64,000 bases of DNA from Pavona decussata (Eukaryota): assembly GCA_977016875.1 (NCBI GenBank), contig CDRNST010000143.1, forward strand, positions 1,426,001 to 1,490,000, written 5' to 3'. Shown here in pieces: positions 62,156-64,000 of this stretch. The notes beneath the pieces were generated by a model. That model had not been told where the DNA came from. It worked only from the letters and a program-made list of their open reading frames with translations, and made no database searches. Position numbers and translations under genes: made by a program. Position 1 is the first letter of the stretch. Every line of letters starts with the position of its first letter.

Positions 62156-64000
62156 TTAAAAACTGCGATTCTAATACTAAAGTAATTTGTTTTCTCTTAC
62201 TGCTCAAAGGAAATAGAAGACGTCTGTGGGAAGGCTACCTGTGATATGCTGAAATATTTAGCCTCCAAACAAGCCCTTAACGGCCAAACCCAAGCACTGG
62301 TCTTGAAGTCTGTAACATAGATCATTTCGGAGTTTGTATCATTGATTTTTTTTTCTGTAGCTTGTTCTCTCCCTCCCACCACGTGACCACTCACCTGAGT
62401 GAGCACGATATTCGGGGGACGAGTCGCTCGTGCGCACTTAACGCCCCTAGAATATCGTCCTCGCTCAGTTGTTTGCGTTATTCCCCTTTCCGGATTCTCG
62501 GGCAAAAGAGAGATTGCTTGCAGTCAAAAGAAGTGCTAGATAGGCTTCATTGGCGCCCTCTCATTCATTGTTTTTCAGCGGTGTTATCGATCATTCTGAA
62601 AAGCGAAATGCAGTATTACCGTTGCTAATTAATGCTTCTTTAACTGGTGCTATTCTGGCTGAAATCGATTTTTCAGATGTGTTTAGTTGATGGCTCAAGC
62701 CATCTAGGAGATTTTTGGTTTCAATAAATCAGCTTTAATCAAAACCCAATTCTGTTATAGAAGCGAATACTGAGTTCTCCCGAATCGGGAAGACGCTTTG
62801 AAGGTCAGCTGTATAGAGTCCCAAGCATATCTACCGTGGGAATCATTTTTTAAAGTGTGAAATATTTATTCAAATAATCGACACATTCTAGGATTTGTAA
62901 AATACGTATGTGGTCTAGCTTAAACTTTAAATGAACCGTAACTTACAAGACCTGCAGTATGACGATCACAACAAACAATATATTAAGTAACGCAACTAAA
63001 AATTTCCCAATCGGCTAGAACCACAAAACAAACACTACTCAACTTCATAAACTGTTTGCTAAAAAATGCGTTAAGGCGTTCTAGTGATATAGTACTGTTA
63101 TGACTAGTAATAGGGAAAAGAATCACCTGGAAAGTGACCAAACGTAAGTATGGAAGCTGTCTCAAGTTTATATCTTTACTTACAGGAGAAAGAAATCACT
63201 TCGATTCCTTAAAAAAATTGACCAGCTCGGATCTCATGAAGCTGGTTAAGTACTGCCTGCACCAGTATCCTACAGGGTGAACCCAGTTCAAACATGAATT
63301 TTTTTCAGGCTTTCTTTTCACAACCCTTTAAGACAGTCTTAAGTTGCTTACATGGCTAAAAGTGTAGTTAAGTAATGTGCTTAATTTTCTCGAGTTCTAA
63401 TTTTCGAAAAGAAAAGATTGCGCTAAATTTATTACCATATCATATAACAGAACAATAAGAATTTTCAGTTTAAAATGTTCTGAGTTAACTGGGCCTTGTG
63501 GTGAACTGTTCAGAATTAACACCCTGTAATTATAACCCCGTCTGTCCTTGAAAAAATCTTTCCGGTGTAGCACTCTTCCTCTGATTCACCATGATTTTCT
63601 ATAATAATAAATACCTTTATTTATTACCTTTGGCGATAAGAATTACGGTAATATTACAGTAAAAAAGAAATTCATAACACGACATTTACAATATATACAG
63701 TCAAAATATGTCAAGTTAATTAAGTTAAGTTAGCTTCAGCTTGTAATAAAACCTCTTTAGCACAGTCAGATCAAAGTTTCCATTTGTAGGCTCCTTGTAG
63801 TTCAAATTGAACTAGACCTTTGTATCTTTCCAGTATTTCCTAGACTGTTCACAGTCCCCTATTTTTCCGTTGGATTTTCGAGACTCGTACGCTTCGATCA
63901 AACTTCCGCCATGTTGGTTTAATGGCGAAAGCAACCTGGAGAGAGTGTCGACTAAACTACCGAAGGGAGCGAGAGTGGGGAGGCGACGGAAAAATAGGGA

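Overview
Eukaryotic, intron-rich, AT-rich genomic DNA with GT-AG introns and a dense repeat landscape that resembles cnidarian (likely stony coral) genomes; the taxon is an inference. I reconstructed five host loci by reading splice sites by hand: (1) the 5' six exons of SEC23IP/DDHD2 on the minus strand, running off the left edge; (2) a divergently transcribed 3-exon RING-CH (MARCHF-like) membrane E3 ligase; (3) an unrecognised minus-strand gene with an N-terminal TM segment and a TSP1 repeat; (4) a complete 7-exon NOA1 mitochondrial GTPase; (5) a duplicated, intronless, tail-anchored P-loop sulfotransferase-like gene, present as one intact copy, one frameshifted copy and one 5' fragment. The rest is largely transposon-derived: a decayed BEL/Pao LTR element, two Penelope-like elements with hammerhead-like motifs, Harbinger derivatives, LINE 3' fragments, tRNA-derived SINEs and many palindromic MITEs. 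A 6.8 kb TIR element with TAT...ATA ends and a 6-bp TSD (IS3EU-like) sits between the sulfotransferase copies and carries several nested insertions. There is one 132-N assembly gap. I found no CRISPR, rRNA or intact tRNA, and I cannot claim a wholly new biological system. The most unusual items are the nested element, the duplicated splice donor and upstream mini-exon of NOA1, and repeated MITE insertion at a single 9-bp site.
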